Positions 37,901 through 52,900 of a stretch of DNA of 64,000 bases are shown here, one piece after another. The first letter of the stretch is position 1. Each line of letters begins with the position of its first letter. The notes under the pieces were generated by a model. It was not told where the DNA came from and did not search any database. It worked only from the letters and a program-made list of their open reading frames with translations. Location of the stretch: NCBI GenBank assembly GCA_030390025.1, contig CM059432.1:60824001-60888000 (forward strand). Direction: 5' to 3'. The DNA is from Squalus acanthias (lineage: Eukaryota). A program made the translations under genes and the position numbers.

Positions 37901-40900
37901 GAGTGTTTTTCATTATTGGACACGAGGAGTGTTTTTCATTATTGGACACGAGGAGTGTTTTTCATTACTGGACACGAGGAGTGTTTTTCATTATTGGACA
38001 CGAGGAGTGTTTTTCATTACTGGACACGAGGAGTGTTTTTCATTACTGGACACGAGGAGTGTTTTTCATTATTGGACACGAGGAGTGTTTTTCATTACTG
38101 GACACGAGGAGTGTTTTTCATTATTGGACACGAGGAGTGTTTTTCATTATTGGACACGAGGAGTGTTTTTCATTATTGGACACGAGGAGTGTTTTTCATT
38201 ACTGGACACGAGGAGTGTTTTTCATTATTGGACACGAGGAGTGTTTTTCATTATTGGACACGAGGAGTGTTTTTCATTATTGGACACGAGGAGTGTTTTT
38301 CATTATTGGACACGAGGAGTGTTTTTCATTATTGGACACGAGGAGTGTTTTTCATTACTGGACACGAGGAGTGTTTTTCATTATTGGACACGAGGAGTGT
38401 TTTTCATTATTGGACACGAGGAGTGTTTTTCATTACTGGACACGAGGAGTGTTTTTCATTATTGGACACGAGGAGTGTTTTTCATTATTGGACACGAGGA
38501 GTGTTTTTCATTATTGGACACGAGGAGTGTTTTTCATTACTGGACACGAGGAGTGTTTTTCATTACTGGACACGAGGAGTGTTTTTCATTATTGGACACG
38601 AGGAGTGTTTTTCATTATTGGACACGAGGAGTGTTTTTCATTATTGGACACGAGGAGTGTTTTTCATTACTGGACACGAGGAGTGTTTTTCATTATTGGA
38701 CACGAGGAGTGTTTTTCATTATTGGACACGAGGAGTGTTTTTCATTATTGGACACGAGGAGTGTTTTTCATTCTGGACACGAGGAGTGTTTTTCATTATT
38801 GGACACGAGGAGTGTTTTTCATTATTGGACACGAGGAGTGTTTTTCATTATTGGACACGAGGAGTGTTTTTCATTACTGGACACGAGGAGTGTTTTTCAT
38901 TACTGGACACGAGGAGTGTTTTTCATTATTGGACACGAGGAGTGTTTTTCATTACTGGACACGAGGAGTGTTTTTCATTACTGGACACGAGGAGTGTTTT
39001 TCATTACTGGACACGAGGAGTGTTTTTCATTATTGGACACGAGGAGTGTTTTTCATTACTGGACACGAGGAGTGTTTTTCATTATTGGACACGAGGAGTG
39101 TTTTTCATTACTGGACACGAGGAGTGTTTTTCATTACTGGACACGAGGAGTGTTTTTTCATTATTGGACACGAGGAGTGTTTTTCATTTCTGGACACGAG
39201 GAGTGTTTTTCATTATTGGACAAGAGGAGTGTTTTTCATTACTTGGACACGAGGAGTGTTTTTGATTATTGGACACGAGGAGTGTTTTTCATTACTGGAC
39301 ACGAGGAGTGTTTTTCATTATTGGACACGTGGAGTGTTTTTCATTATTGGACACGAGGAGTGTTTTTCATTATTGGACACGAGGAGTGTTTTTCATTATG
39401 GACACGAGGAGTGTTTTTCATTATTGGACACGAGGAGTGTTTTTGATTATTGGACACGAGGAGTGTTTTTTATTATTGGACACGAGGAGTGTTTTCATTA
39501 TTGGACACGAGGAGTGTTTTTCATTATTGGACACGAGGAGTGTTTTTCATTATTGGACACGAGGAGTGTTTTTCATTATTGGACACGAGGAGTGTTTTTC
39601 ATTACTGGACACGAGGAGTGCTTTTTCATTATTGGACACGAGGAGTGTTTTTCATTATTGGACACGAGGAGTGTTTTTCATTATTGGACACGAGGAGTGT
39701 TTTTCATTATTGGACACGAGGAGTGTTTTTCATTATTGGACACGAGGAGTGTTTTTCATTATTGGACACGAGGAGTGTTTTTCATTATTGGACACGAGGA
39801 GTGTTTTTCATTATTGGACACGAGGAGTGTTTTTCATTATTGGACACGAGGAGTGTTTTTCATTATTGGACACGAGGAGTGTTTTTCATTATTGGACACG
39901 AGGAGTGTTTTTCATTACTGGACACGAGGAGTGTTTTTCATTATTGGACACGAGGAGTGTTTTTCATTATTGGACACGAGGAGTGTTTTTCATTACTGGA
40001 CACGAGGAGTGTTTTTCATTACTGGACACGAGGAGTGTTTTTCATTATTGGACACGAGGAGTGTTTTTCATTACTGGACACGAGGAGTGTTTTTCATTAT
40101 TGGACACGAGGAGTGTTTTTCATTATTGGACACGAGGAGTGTTTTTCATTACTGGACACGAGGAGTGTTTTTCATTATTGGACACGAGGAGTGTTTTTCA
40201 TTATTGGACACGAGGAGTGTTTTTCATTATTGGACACGAGGAGTGTTTTTCATTATTGGACACGAGGAGTGTTTTTCATTACTGGACACGAGGAGTGTTT
40301 TTCATTATTGGACACGAGGAGTGTTTTTCATTATTGGACACGAGGAGTGTTTTTCATTATTGGACACGAGGAGTGTTTTTCATTATTGGACACGAGGAGT
40401 GTTTTTCATTATTGGACACGAGGAGTGTTTTTCATTACTGGACACGAGGAGTGTTTTTCATTATTGGACACGAGGAGTGTTTTTCATTATTGGACACGAG
40501 GAGTGTTTTTCATTATTGGACACGAGGAGTGTTTTTCATTACTGGACACGAGGAGTGTTTTTCATTATTGGACACGAGGAGTGTTTTTCATTATTGGACA
40601 CGAGGAGTGTTTTTCATTACTGGACACGAGGAGTGTTTTTCATTATTGGACACGAGGAGTGTTTTTCATTATTGGACACGAGGAGTGTTTTTCATTATTG
40701 GACACGAGGAGTGTTTTTCATTACTGGACACGAGGAGTGTTTTTCATTATTGGACACGAGGAGTGTTTTTCATTATTGGACACGAGGAGTGTTTTTCATT
40801 ATTGGACACGAGGAGTGTTTTTCATTATTGGACACGAGGAGTGTTTTTCATTACTGGACACGAGGAGTGTTTTTCATTATTGGACACGAGGAGTGTTTTT

Positions 40901-43900
40901 CATTATTGGACACGAGGAGTGTTTTTCATTACTGGACACGAGGAGTGTTTTTCATTATTGGACACGAGGAGTGTTTTTCATTATTGGACACGAGGAGTGT
41001 TTTTCATTATTGGACACGAGGAGTGTTTTTCATTATTGGACACGAGGAGTGTTTTTCATTATTGGACACGAGGAGTGTTTTTCATTATTGGACACGAGGA
41101 GTGTTTTTCATTATTGGACACGAGGAGTGTTTTTCATTACTGGACACGAGGAGTGTTTTTCATTATTGGACACGAGGAGTGTTTTTCATTATTGGACACG
41201 AGGAGTGTTTTTCATTACTGGACACGAGGAGTGTTTTTCATTATTGGACACGAGGAGTGTTTTTCATTATTGGACACGAGGAGTGTTTTTCATTACTGGA
41301 CACGAGGAGTGTTTTTCATTATTGGACACGAGGAGTGTTTTTCATTATTGGACACGAGGAGTGTTTTTCATTACTGGACACGAGGAGTGTTTTTCATTAT
41401 TGGACACGAGGAGTGTTTTTCATTATTGGACACGAGGAGTGTTTTTCATTATTGGACACGAGGAGTGTTTTTCATTATTGGACACGAGGAGTGTTTTTCA
41501 TTACTGGACACGAGGAGTGTTTTTCATTATTGGACACGAGGAGTGTTTTTCATTACTGGACACGAGGAGTGTTTTTCATTATTGGACACGAGGAGTGTTT
41601 TTCATTACTGGACACGAGGAGTGTTTTTCATTATAGGACACGAGGAGTGTTTTTCATTATTGGACACGAGGAGTGTTTTTCATTATTGGACACGAGGAGT
41701 GTTTTTCATTACTGGACACGAGGAGTGTTTTTCTTATTGGACACGAGGAGTGTTTTTCATTATGGACACGAGGAGTGTTTTCATTATTGGACACGAGGAG
41801 TGTTTTTCATTACTTGACACGTGGAGTATTTTTCTTTATTGGACACGAGGAGTGTTTTTCATTATTGGACACGAGGAGTGTTTTTCATTACTGGACACGA
41901 GGAGTGTTTTTTCATTATTGGACACGAGGAGTGTTTTTCATTCCTGGACACGAGGAGTGTTTTTCATTATTGGACACGAGGAGTGTTTTTCATTCTGGAC
42001 AAGAGGAGTGTTTTTCATTACTGGACACGAGGAGTGTTTTTCATTATTGGACACGAGGAGTGTTTTTCATTACTGGACACGAGGAGTGTTTTTCATTATT
42101 GGACACGAGGAGTGTTTTTCATTACTGGACACGAGGAGTGTTTTTCATTACTGGACACGAGGAGTGTTTTTCATTACTGGACACGAGGAGTGTTTTTCAT
42201 TACTGGACACGAGGAGTGTTTTTCATTATTGGACACGAGGAGTGTTTTTCATTATTGGACACGAGGAGTGTTTTTCATTATTGGACACGAGGAGTGTTTT
42301 TCATTATTGGACACGAGGAGTGTTTTTCATTATTGGACACGAGGAGTGTTTTTCATTACTGGACACGAGGAGTGTTTTTCATTATTGGACACGAGGAGTG
42401 TTTTTCATTATTGGACACGAGGAGTGTTTTTCATTATTGGACACGAGGAGTGTTTTTCATTATTGGACACGAGGAGTGTTTTTCATTATTGGACACGAGG
42501 AGTGTTTTTCATTACTGGACACGAGGAGTGTTTTTCATTATTGGACACGAGGAGTGTTTTTCATTACTGGACACGAGGAGTGTTTTTCATTATTGGACAC
42601 GAGGAGTGTTTTTCATTATTGGACACGAGGAGTGTTTTTCATTATTGGACACGAGGAGTGTTTTTCATTATTGGACACGAGGAGTGTTTTTCATTACTGG
42701 ACACGAGGAGTGTTTTTCATTATTGGACACGAGGAGTGTTTTTCATTATTGGACACGAGGAGTGTTTTTCATTATTGGACACGAGGAGTGTTTTTCATTA
42801 CTGGACACGAGGAGTGTTTTTCATTATTGGACACGAGGAGTGTTTTTCATTATTGGACACGAGGAGTGTTTTTCATTATTGGACACGAGGAGTGTTTTTC
42901 ATTACTGGACACGAGGAGTGTTTTTCATTATTGGACACGAGGAGTGTTTTTCATTACTGGACACGAGGAGTGTTTTTCATTATTGGACACGAGGAGTGTT
43001 TTTCATTATTGGACACGAGGAGTGTTTTTCATTACTGGACACGAGGAGTGTTTTTCATTATTGGACACGAGGAGTGTTTTTCATTATTGGACACGAGGAG
43101 TGTTTTTCATTACTGGACACGAGGAGTGTTTTTCATTATTGGACACGAGGAGTGTTTTTCATTATTGGACACGAGGAGTGTTTTTCATTACTGGACACGA
43201 GGAGTGTTTTTCATTATTGGACACGAGGAGTGTTTTTCATTATTGGACACGAGGAGTGTTTTTCATTATTGGACACGAGGAGTGTTTTTCATTACTGGAC
43301 ACGAGGAGTGTTTTTCATTATTGGACACGAGGAGTGTTTTTCATTACTGGACACGAGGAGTGTTTTTCATTATTGGACACGAGGAGTGTTTTTCATTATT
43401 GGACACGAGGAGTGTTTTTCATTATTGGACACGAGGAGTGTTTTTCATTACTGGACACGAGGAGTGTTTTTCATTATTGGACACGAGGAGTGTTTTTCAT
43501 TACTGGACACGAGGAGTGTTTTTCATTACTGGACACGAGGAGTGTTTTTCATTATTGGACACGAGGAGTGTTTTTCATTACTGGACACGAGGAGTGTTTT
43601 TCATTATTGGACACGAGGAGTGTTTTTCATTATTGGACACGAGGAGTGTTTTTCATTATTGGACACGAGGAGTGTTTTTCATTACTGGACACGAGGAGTG
43701 TTTTTCATTATTGGACACGAGGAGTGTTTTTCATTATTGGACACGAGGAGTGTTTTTCATTATTGGACACGAGGAGTGTTTTTCATTATTGGACACGAGG
43801 AGTGTTTTTCATTATTGGACACGAGGAGTGTTTTTCATTATTGGACACGAGGAGTGTTTTTCATTATTGGACACGAGGAGTGTTTTTCATTACTGGACAC

Positions 43901-46900
43901 GAGGAGTGTTTTTCATTATTGGACACGAGGAGTGTTTTTCATTATTGGACACGAGGAGTGTTTTTCATTATTGGACACGAGGAGTGTTTTTCATTATTGG
44001 ACACGAGGAGTGTTTTTCATTACTGGACACGAGGAGTGTTTTTCATTATTGGACACGAGGAGTGTTTTTCATTATTGGACACGAGGAGTGTTTTTCATTA
44101 CTGGACACGAGGAGTGTTTTTCATTATTGGACACGAGGAGTGTTTTTCATTACTGGACACGAGGAGTGTTTTTCATTACTGGACGAGGAGTGTTTTTCAT
44201 TATGACACGAGGAGTGTTTTTCATTATTGACACGAGGAGTGTTTTCATCATGGACACGAGGAGTGTTTTTCATTATTGGACACGAGGAGTGTTTTTCATT
44301 ACTGGACACGAGGAGTGTTTTCATTATTGACACGAGGAGTGTTTTTCATTACTGGACACGAGGAGTGTTTTTCATTATTGGACACGAGGAGTGTTTTTCA
44401 TTACTTGGACACGAGGAGTGTTTTTCATTACTGGACACGAGGAGTGTTTTTTCATTATTGGACACGAGGAGTGTTTTTCATTATTGGACACGAGGAGTGT
44501 TTTTAATTCTTGGACACGAGGAGTGTTTTTCATTATTGGACACGAGAGTGTTTTTCATTACTGGACACGAGGAGTGTTTTTCATTATTGGACACGAGGAG
44601 TGTTTTTCATTATGGACACGAGGAGTGTTTTTCATTATGGACACGAGGAGTGTTTTTCATTATTGGACACGAGGAGTGTTTTTCATTATTGGACACGAGG
44701 AGTGTTTTTCATTATTGGACACGAGGAGTGTTTTTCATTATTGGACACGAGGAGTGTTTTTCATTATTGGACACGAGGAGTGTTTTTCATTATTGGACAC
44801 GAGGAGTGTTTTTCATTATTGGACACGAGGAGTGTTTTTCATTATTGGACACGAGGAGTGTTTTTCATTACTGGACACGAGGAGTGTTTTTCATTATTGG
44901 ACACGAGAGTGTTTTTCATTACTGGACACGAGGAGTGTTTTTCATTATTGGACACGAGGAGTGTTTTTCATTATTGGACACGAGGAGTGTTTTTCATTAT
45001 TGGACACGAGGAGTGTTTTTCATTACTGGACACGAGGAGTGTTTTTCATTATTGGACACGAGGAGTGTTTTTCATTATGGACACGAGGAGTGTTTTTCAT
45101 TATTGGACACGAGGAGTGTTTTTCATTCTGGACACGAGGAGTGTTTTTCATTATTGGACACGAGGAGTGTTTTTCATTATTGGACACTGAGGAGTGTTTT
45201 TCATTCTGGACACGAGGAGTGTTTTTCATTACTGGACACGAGGAGTGTTTTTCATTATTGGACACGAGGAGTGTTTTTCATTACTGGACACGAGGAGTGT
45301 TTTTCATTACTGGACACGAGGAGTGTTTTTCATTATTGGACACGAGGAGTGTTTTTGATTATTGGACACGAGGAGTGTTTTTGATTCTTGGACACGAGGA
45401 GTGTTTTTCATTATTGGACACGAGGAGTGTTTTTCATTATTGGACACGAGGAGTGTTTTTCATTACTGGACACGAGGAGTGTTTTTGATTATTGGACACG
45501 AGGAGTGTTTTTCATTATTGGACACGAGGAGTGTTTTTCATTACTGGACACGAGGAGTGTTTTTCATTATTGGACACGAGGAGTGTTTTTCATTATTGAC
45601 ACGAGGAGTGTTTTTCATTATTGGACACGAGGAGTGTTTTTCATTATTGGACACGAGGAGTGTTTTTCAATTCTGGGCACGAGGAGTGTTTTTCATTATT
45701 GGACACGAGGAGTGTTTTTCATTATTGGACACGAGGAGTGTTTTTCATTACTGGACACGAGGAGTGTTTTTCATTACTGGACACGAGGAGTGTTTTTCAT
45801 TACTGGACACGAGGAGTGTTTTTCATTATTGGACACGAGGAGTGTTTTTCATTATTGGACACAAGGAGTGTTTTTCATTACTTGGACACGAGGAGTGTTT
45901 TTCATTATTGGACACGAGGAGTGTTTTTCATTATTGGACACGAGGAGTGTTTTTCATTATTGGACACGAGGAGTGTTTTTCATTATTGGACACGAGGAGT
46001 GTTTTTCATTATTGGACACGAGGAGTGTTTTTCATTATTGGACACGAGGAGTGTTTTTCATTACTTGACACGTGGAGTATTTTTCTTTATTGGACACGAG
46101 GAGTGTTTTTCATTACTGGACACGAGGAGTGTTTTTCATTATTGGACACGAGGAGTGTTTTTCATTATTGGACACGAGGAGTGTTTTTCATTATTGGACA
46201 CGAGGAGTGTTTTTCATTATTGGACACGAGGAGTGTTTTTCATTATTGGACACGAGGAGTGTTTTTCATTATTGGACACGAGGAGTGTTTTTCATTATTG
46301 GACACGAGGAGTGTTTTTCATTATTGGACACGAGGAGTGTTTTTCATTATTGGACACGAGGAGTGTTTTTCATTACTGGACACGAGGAGTGTTTTTCATT
46401 ACTGGACACGAGGAGTGTTTTTCATTATTGGACACGAGGAGTGTTTTTCATTATTGGACACGAGGAGTGTTTTTCATTATTGGACACGAGGAGTGTTTTT
46501 CATTATTGGACACGAGGAGTGTTTTTCATTATTGGACACGAGGAGTGTTTTTCATTACTGGACACGAGGAGTGTTTTTCATTATTGGACACGAGGAGTGT
46601 TTTTCATTCTTGGACACGAGGAGTGTTTTTCATTATTGGACACGAGGAGTGTTTTTCATTATTGGACACGAGGAGTGTTTTTCATTACTGGACACGAGGA
46701 GTGTTTTTGCATTATTGGACACGAGGAGTGTTTTTCATTATTGGACACAAGGAGTGTTTTTCATTACTTGACACGTGGAGTATTTTTCTTTATTGGACAT
46801 GAGGAGTTTTTTTCATTCCTGTACACGTGGAGTGTTTTTCATTGCTGGACACGAGAAGTGTATTTCATTATTCGACAGGAGGAGTGTTTTTAATTATTGG

Positions 46901-49900
46901 ACACGAGGAGTGTTTTTTATTATTAGACACGAGGAGTGTTTTTCATTTCTGGACACGAGGAGTGTTTTTGATTATTGGACACGAGGAGTGTTTTTGATTA
47001 TTGGACACGAGGAGTGATTTTCATTACTGGACACGAGGAGTGTTTTTGATTATTGGACACGAGGAGTGTTTTTCATTACTGGGCACGAGGAGTGTTTTTC
47101 ATTACTGACACGAGGAGTGTTTTTCATTATTGGACACGAGGAGTGTTTTTCATTACTGGACACGAGGAGTGTTTTTCATTACTGACACGAGGAGTGTTTT
47201 TCATTATGGACACGAGGAGTGTTTTTCATTATTGGACACGAGGAGTGTTTTTCATTATTGGACACGAGGAGTGTTTTTCATTATTGGACACGAGGAGTGT
47301 TTTTCATTCTGGACACGAGGAGTGTTTTTCATTATTGGACACGAGAGTGTTTTTCATTACTGGACACGAGGAGTGTTTTTCATTATTGGACACGAGGAGT
47401 GTTTTTCATTACTGGACACGAGGAGTGTTTTTCATTACTGGACACGAGGAGTGTTTTTCATTATTGGACACGAGGAGTGTTTTTCATTATGGGCATGAGG
47501 ACTCTTTTTCTTTACTGAACACGAGGAGTGTTTTTCATTATTGGGCACGAGGAGTGTTTTTCATTACTGGACACGAGGAGTGTTTTTCATTACTGGACAC
47601 GAGGAGTGTTTTTCATTATTGGACACGAGGAGTGTTTTTCATTACTGGACACGAGGAGTGTTTTTCATTACTGGACACGAGGAGTGTTTTTCATTATTGG
47701 ACACGAGGAGTGTTTTTCATTATTGGACACGAGGAGTGTTTTTGATTATTGGACACGAGGAGTGTTTTTCATTACTGGACACGAGGAGTGTTTTTCATTA
47801 CTGGACACGAGGAGTGTTTTTCATTATTGGACACGAGGAGTGTTTTTCATTATTGGACACGAGGAGTGTTTTTCATTATTGGACACGAGGAGTGTTTTTC
47901 ATTATTGGACACGAGGAGTGTTTTTCATTATTGGACACGAGGAGTGTTTTTCATTATTGGACACGAGGAGTGTTTTTCATTACTGGACACGAGGAGTGTT
48001 TTTCATTATTGGACACGAGGAGTGTTTTTCATTATTGGACACGAGGAGTGTTTTTCATTATTGGACACGAGGAGTGTTTTTCATTATTGGACACGAGGAG
48101 TGTTTTTCATTATTGGACACGAGGAGTGTTTTTCATTATTGGACACGAGGAGTGTTTTTCATTATTGGACACGAGGAGTGTTTTTCATTATTGGACACGA
48201 GGAGTGTTTTTCATTATTGGACACGAGGAGTGTTTTTCATTATTGGACACGAGGAGTGTTTTTCATTATTGGACACGAGGAGTGTTTTTCATTATTGGAC
48301 ACGAGGAGTGTTTTTCATTACTGGACACGAGGAGTGTTTTTCATTATTGGACACGAGGAGTGTTTTTCATTACTGGACACGAGGAGTGTTTTTCATTACT
48401 GGACACGAGGAGTGTTTTTCATTATTGGACACGAGGAGTGTTTTTCATTACTGGACACGAGGAGTGTTTTTCATTACTGGACACGAGGAGTGTTTTTCAT
48501 TATTGGACACGAGGAGTGTTTTTCATTACTGGACACGAGGAGTGTTTTTCATTACTGGACACGAGGAGTGTTTTTCATTATTGGACACGAGGAGTGTTTT
48601 TCATTATTGGACACGAGGAGTGTTTTTCATTATTGGACACGAGGAGTGTTTTTCAATTCTGGGCACGAGGAGTGTTTTTCATTATTGGACACGAGGAGTG
48701 TTTTTCATTATTGGACACGAGGAGTGTTTTTCATTACTTGACAGGTGGAGTATTTTTCTTTATTGGACATGAGAAGTTTTTTTCATTCCTGTACCCGTGG
48801 AGTGTTTTTCATTACTGGACACGAGAAGTGTTTTTCATTATTCGACAGGAGGAGTGTTTTTCATTGCTGGACACGAGGAGTGTTTTTTATTATTGGACAC
48901 GAGGAGTGTTTTTCATTACTGGACACGAGGAGTGTTTTTGATTATTGGACACGAGGAGTGTTTTTCATTCCTGGACACGAGGAGTGTTTTTGATTATTGG
49001 ACACGAGGAGTGTTTTTCATTCCTGGACACGAGGAGTGTTTTTCATTACTGGACACGAGGAGTGTTTTTCATTATTCGACACGAGGAGTGTTTTTCATTA
49101 CTGGACACGAGGAGTGTTTTTCATTATTGGACACGAGGAGTGTTTTTTATTATTAGACACGAGGAGTGTTTTTCATTTCTGGACACGAGGAATGTTTTTG
49201 ATTATTGGACACGAGGAGTGTTTTTGATTATTGGACACGAGGAGTGATTTTTATTACTGGACACGAGGAGTGTTTTTGATAATTGGACACGAGGAGTGTT
49301 TTTCATTTCTGGACACGAGGAATGTTTTTCTCTATTGGACATGAGCAGTGTTTTTGATTATTGGACACGAGGAGAGTTTTTGATTATTGGACACGAGGAG
49401 TGTTTTTCATTACTGGACACGAGGAGTGTTTTTGATTATTGGACACGAGGAATGTTTTTCATTATTGGACACGAGGAATGTTTTTCATTATTGGACACGA
49501 GGAGTGTTTTTCATTATTGGACACGAGGAGTGTTTTTCATTATTGGACACGAGGAGTGTTTTTCATTATTGGTCACGAGGATTGTTTTTCATTACTGGAC
49601 ACGAGGAGTGTTTTTCATTATTGGACACGAGGAATGTTTTTCATTATTGGACACGAGGAGTGTTTTTCATTATTGGACACGAGGAGTGTTTTTCATTATT
49701 GGACACGAGGAGTGTTTTTCATTACTGGACACGAGGAGTGTTTTTGATTATTGGACACGAGGAGTGTTTTTCATTATTGGACACGAGGAGTGTTTTTCAT
49801 TACTGGACACGAGGAGTGTTTTTCATTACTGGACACGAGGAGTGTTTTTCATTACTGGACACGAGGAGTGTTTTTCATTATTGGACACGAGGAGTGTTTT

Positions 49901-52900
49901 TCATTACTGGACACGAGGAGTGTTTTTCATTACTAGACATGAGGAGTGTTTTTCATTATTGGACACGAGGAGTGTTTTTCATTATTGGACACGAGGAGTG
50001 TTTTTCATTATTGGACACGAGGAGTGTTTTTCATTACTAGACATGAGGAGTGTTTTTCATTACTGGACACGAGGAGTGTTTTTCATTACTAGACATGAGG
50101 AGTGTTTTTCATTATTGGACACGAGGAGTGTTTTTCGTTATTGGACACGAGGAGTGTTTTTCATTATTGGACACGAGGAGTGTTTTTCATTACTTGGACA
50201 CGAGGAGTGTTTTTCATTACTGGACACGAGGAGTGTTTTTCATTATTGGACACGAGGAGTGTTTTTCATTACTAGGACACGAGGAGTGTTTTTCATTATT
50301 GGACACGAGGAGTGTTTTTCATTATTGGACACGAGGAGTGTTTTTCATTATTGGACACGAGGAGTGTTTTTCATTACTGGACACGAGGAGTGTTTTTCAT
50401 TACTAGACACGAGGAGTGTTTTTCATTATTGGACACGAGGAGTGTATTTCATTATTGGACACGAGGAGTGTTTTTCGTTATTGGACACGAGGAGTGTTTT
50501 TCATTATTGGACACGAGGAGTGTTTTTCATTATTGGACACGAGGAGTGTTTTTCATTATTGGACACGAGGAGTGTTTTTCATTATTGGACACGAGGAGTG
50601 TTTTTCATTATTGGACACGAGGAGTGTTTTTCATTATTGGACACGAGGATTGTTTTTCATTACTGGACATGAGGAGTGTTTTTCATTATTGGACATGAGG
50701 AGTGTTTTTCATTATTGGACACGAGGAGTGTTTTTCATTGTTGGACACGAGGAGTGTTTTTCATTACTAGACATGAGGAGTGTTTTTCATACTTGGACAC
50801 GAGGAGTGTTTTTCATTATTGGACACGTGGAGTGTATTTCATTATTGGACACGAGGAGTGTTTTTCATTATTGGACACAAGGAGTGTTTTTCATTATTGG
50901 ACATGAGGAGTGTTTTTCATCACTAGACATGAGGAGTGTTTTTCATTATTGGACACGAGGAGTGTTTTTCATTATTGGACACGAGGAGTGTTTTTCCTTC
51001 TTGGACACGAGGAGTGTCTTATTATTGGAGTCGTGGAGTGTTTTTCATTATTGGACACGTGGAGTGTTTTTCAATTCTGGGCACGAGGAGTGTTTATCAT
51101 TATTGGACACGTGAAGTTTTTTTCATCACTGGAAAAGAGGAGTGTTTTTCATTTCTGGACACGAGGAGTGTTTTTCATTATTGGAAACGAGGAGTGTTTT
51201 TCTTTATTGGACACAAGGAGTGTTTTTCATTACTTGACACGTGGAGTATTTTTCTTTATTGGACATGAGGAGTTTTTTTCATTCCTGTGCACGTGGAGTG
51301 TTTTTCATTACTGGACACGTGAAGTGTATTTCATTATTGAACACGAGGATTATTTTTCATTATTGGACACGAGAAGTGTTTTTCATTATTCGACAGGAGG
51401 AGTGTTTTTCATTGCTGGACACGAGGAGTGTTTTTTATTATTGGACACGAGGAGTGTTTTTGATTATTGGACACGAGGAGTGTTTTTGATTATTGGACAG
51501 GAGGAGTGTTTTTGATTATTGGACACGAGGAGTGTTTTTCATTATTGGACACGAGGAGTGATTTTTATTACTGGACACGAGGAGTGATTTTCATTATTGG
51601 ACACGAGGAGTGTTTTTGATTATTGGACACGAGGAGTGTTTTTGATTATTGGACACGAGGAGTGTTTTTGATTATTGGACACGAGGAGTGATTTTTATTA
51701 CTGGACACGAGGAGTGATTTTTATTACTGGACACGAGGAGTGTTTTTCATTACTGAACACGAGGAGTGTTTTTCTTTACTGAACACGAGGAGTGCTTTTC
51801 ATTATTGGACACGAGGAGTGTTTTTCATTATTGGACACGAGGATTGTTTATCATTATTGGACACGAGGAGTGTTTTTCAATTCTGGGCACGAGGAGTGTT
51901 TATCATTATTGGACACGTGAAGTTTTTTTCATCACTGGACACGAGGAGTGTTTTTCATAATTGGACACGTGGAGTGTATTTCATTATTGGACACGAGGAG
52001 TGATTTTCATTGCTGGACACGAGGAGTGTTTTTGATTATTGGACACGAGGAGTGTTTTTCATTACTGGGCACATGGAGTGTTTTTCTTTACTGAACACGA
52101 GGAGTGTTTTTCATTATTGGGCACGAGGAGTGTTTTTCATTACTGGGCACGAGGAGTGTTTTTCATTACTGAACACGAGGAGTGCTTTTTCATTATTGGA
52201 CACGAGGAGTGTTTTTCATTATTGGACACGAGGAGTGTTTTTCATTATTGGACACGAGGAGTGTTTTTCATTATTGGACACGAGGAGTGTTTTTCATTCT
52301 GGACACGAGGAGTGTTTTTCATTATTGGACACGAGGAGTTTTTTTCATTACTGGACACGAGGAGTGTTTTTCATTATTGGACACGAGGAGTGTTTTTCAT
52401 TATTGGACACGAGGAGTGTTTTTCATTACTGGACACGAGGAGTGTTTTTCATTACTGGACACGAGGAGTGTTTTTCATTATTGGACACGAGGAGTGTTTT
52501 TCATTCCTGGACACGAGGAGTGTTTTTCATTACTGGACACGAGGAGTGTTTTTCATTATTGGACAGGAGGAGTGTTTTTCATTGCTGGACACGAGGAGTG
52601 TTTTTCATTATTGGACACGAGGAGTGTTTTTTATTATTAGACACGAGGAGTGTTTTTCATTTCTGGACACGAGGAATGTTTTTGATTATTGGACACGAGG
52701 AGTGTTTTTGATTATTGGACACGAGGAGTGATTTTTATTACTGGACACGAGGAGTGTTTTTGATAATTGGACACGAGGAGTGTTTTTCATTTCTGGACAC
52801 GAGGAGGGTTTTTCATTATTGGATACGAGGAGTGTTTTTCATTACTGGACACGATTCGTGTTTTTTATTATTAGACACGAGAAGTGTTTTTCATTTCTGG

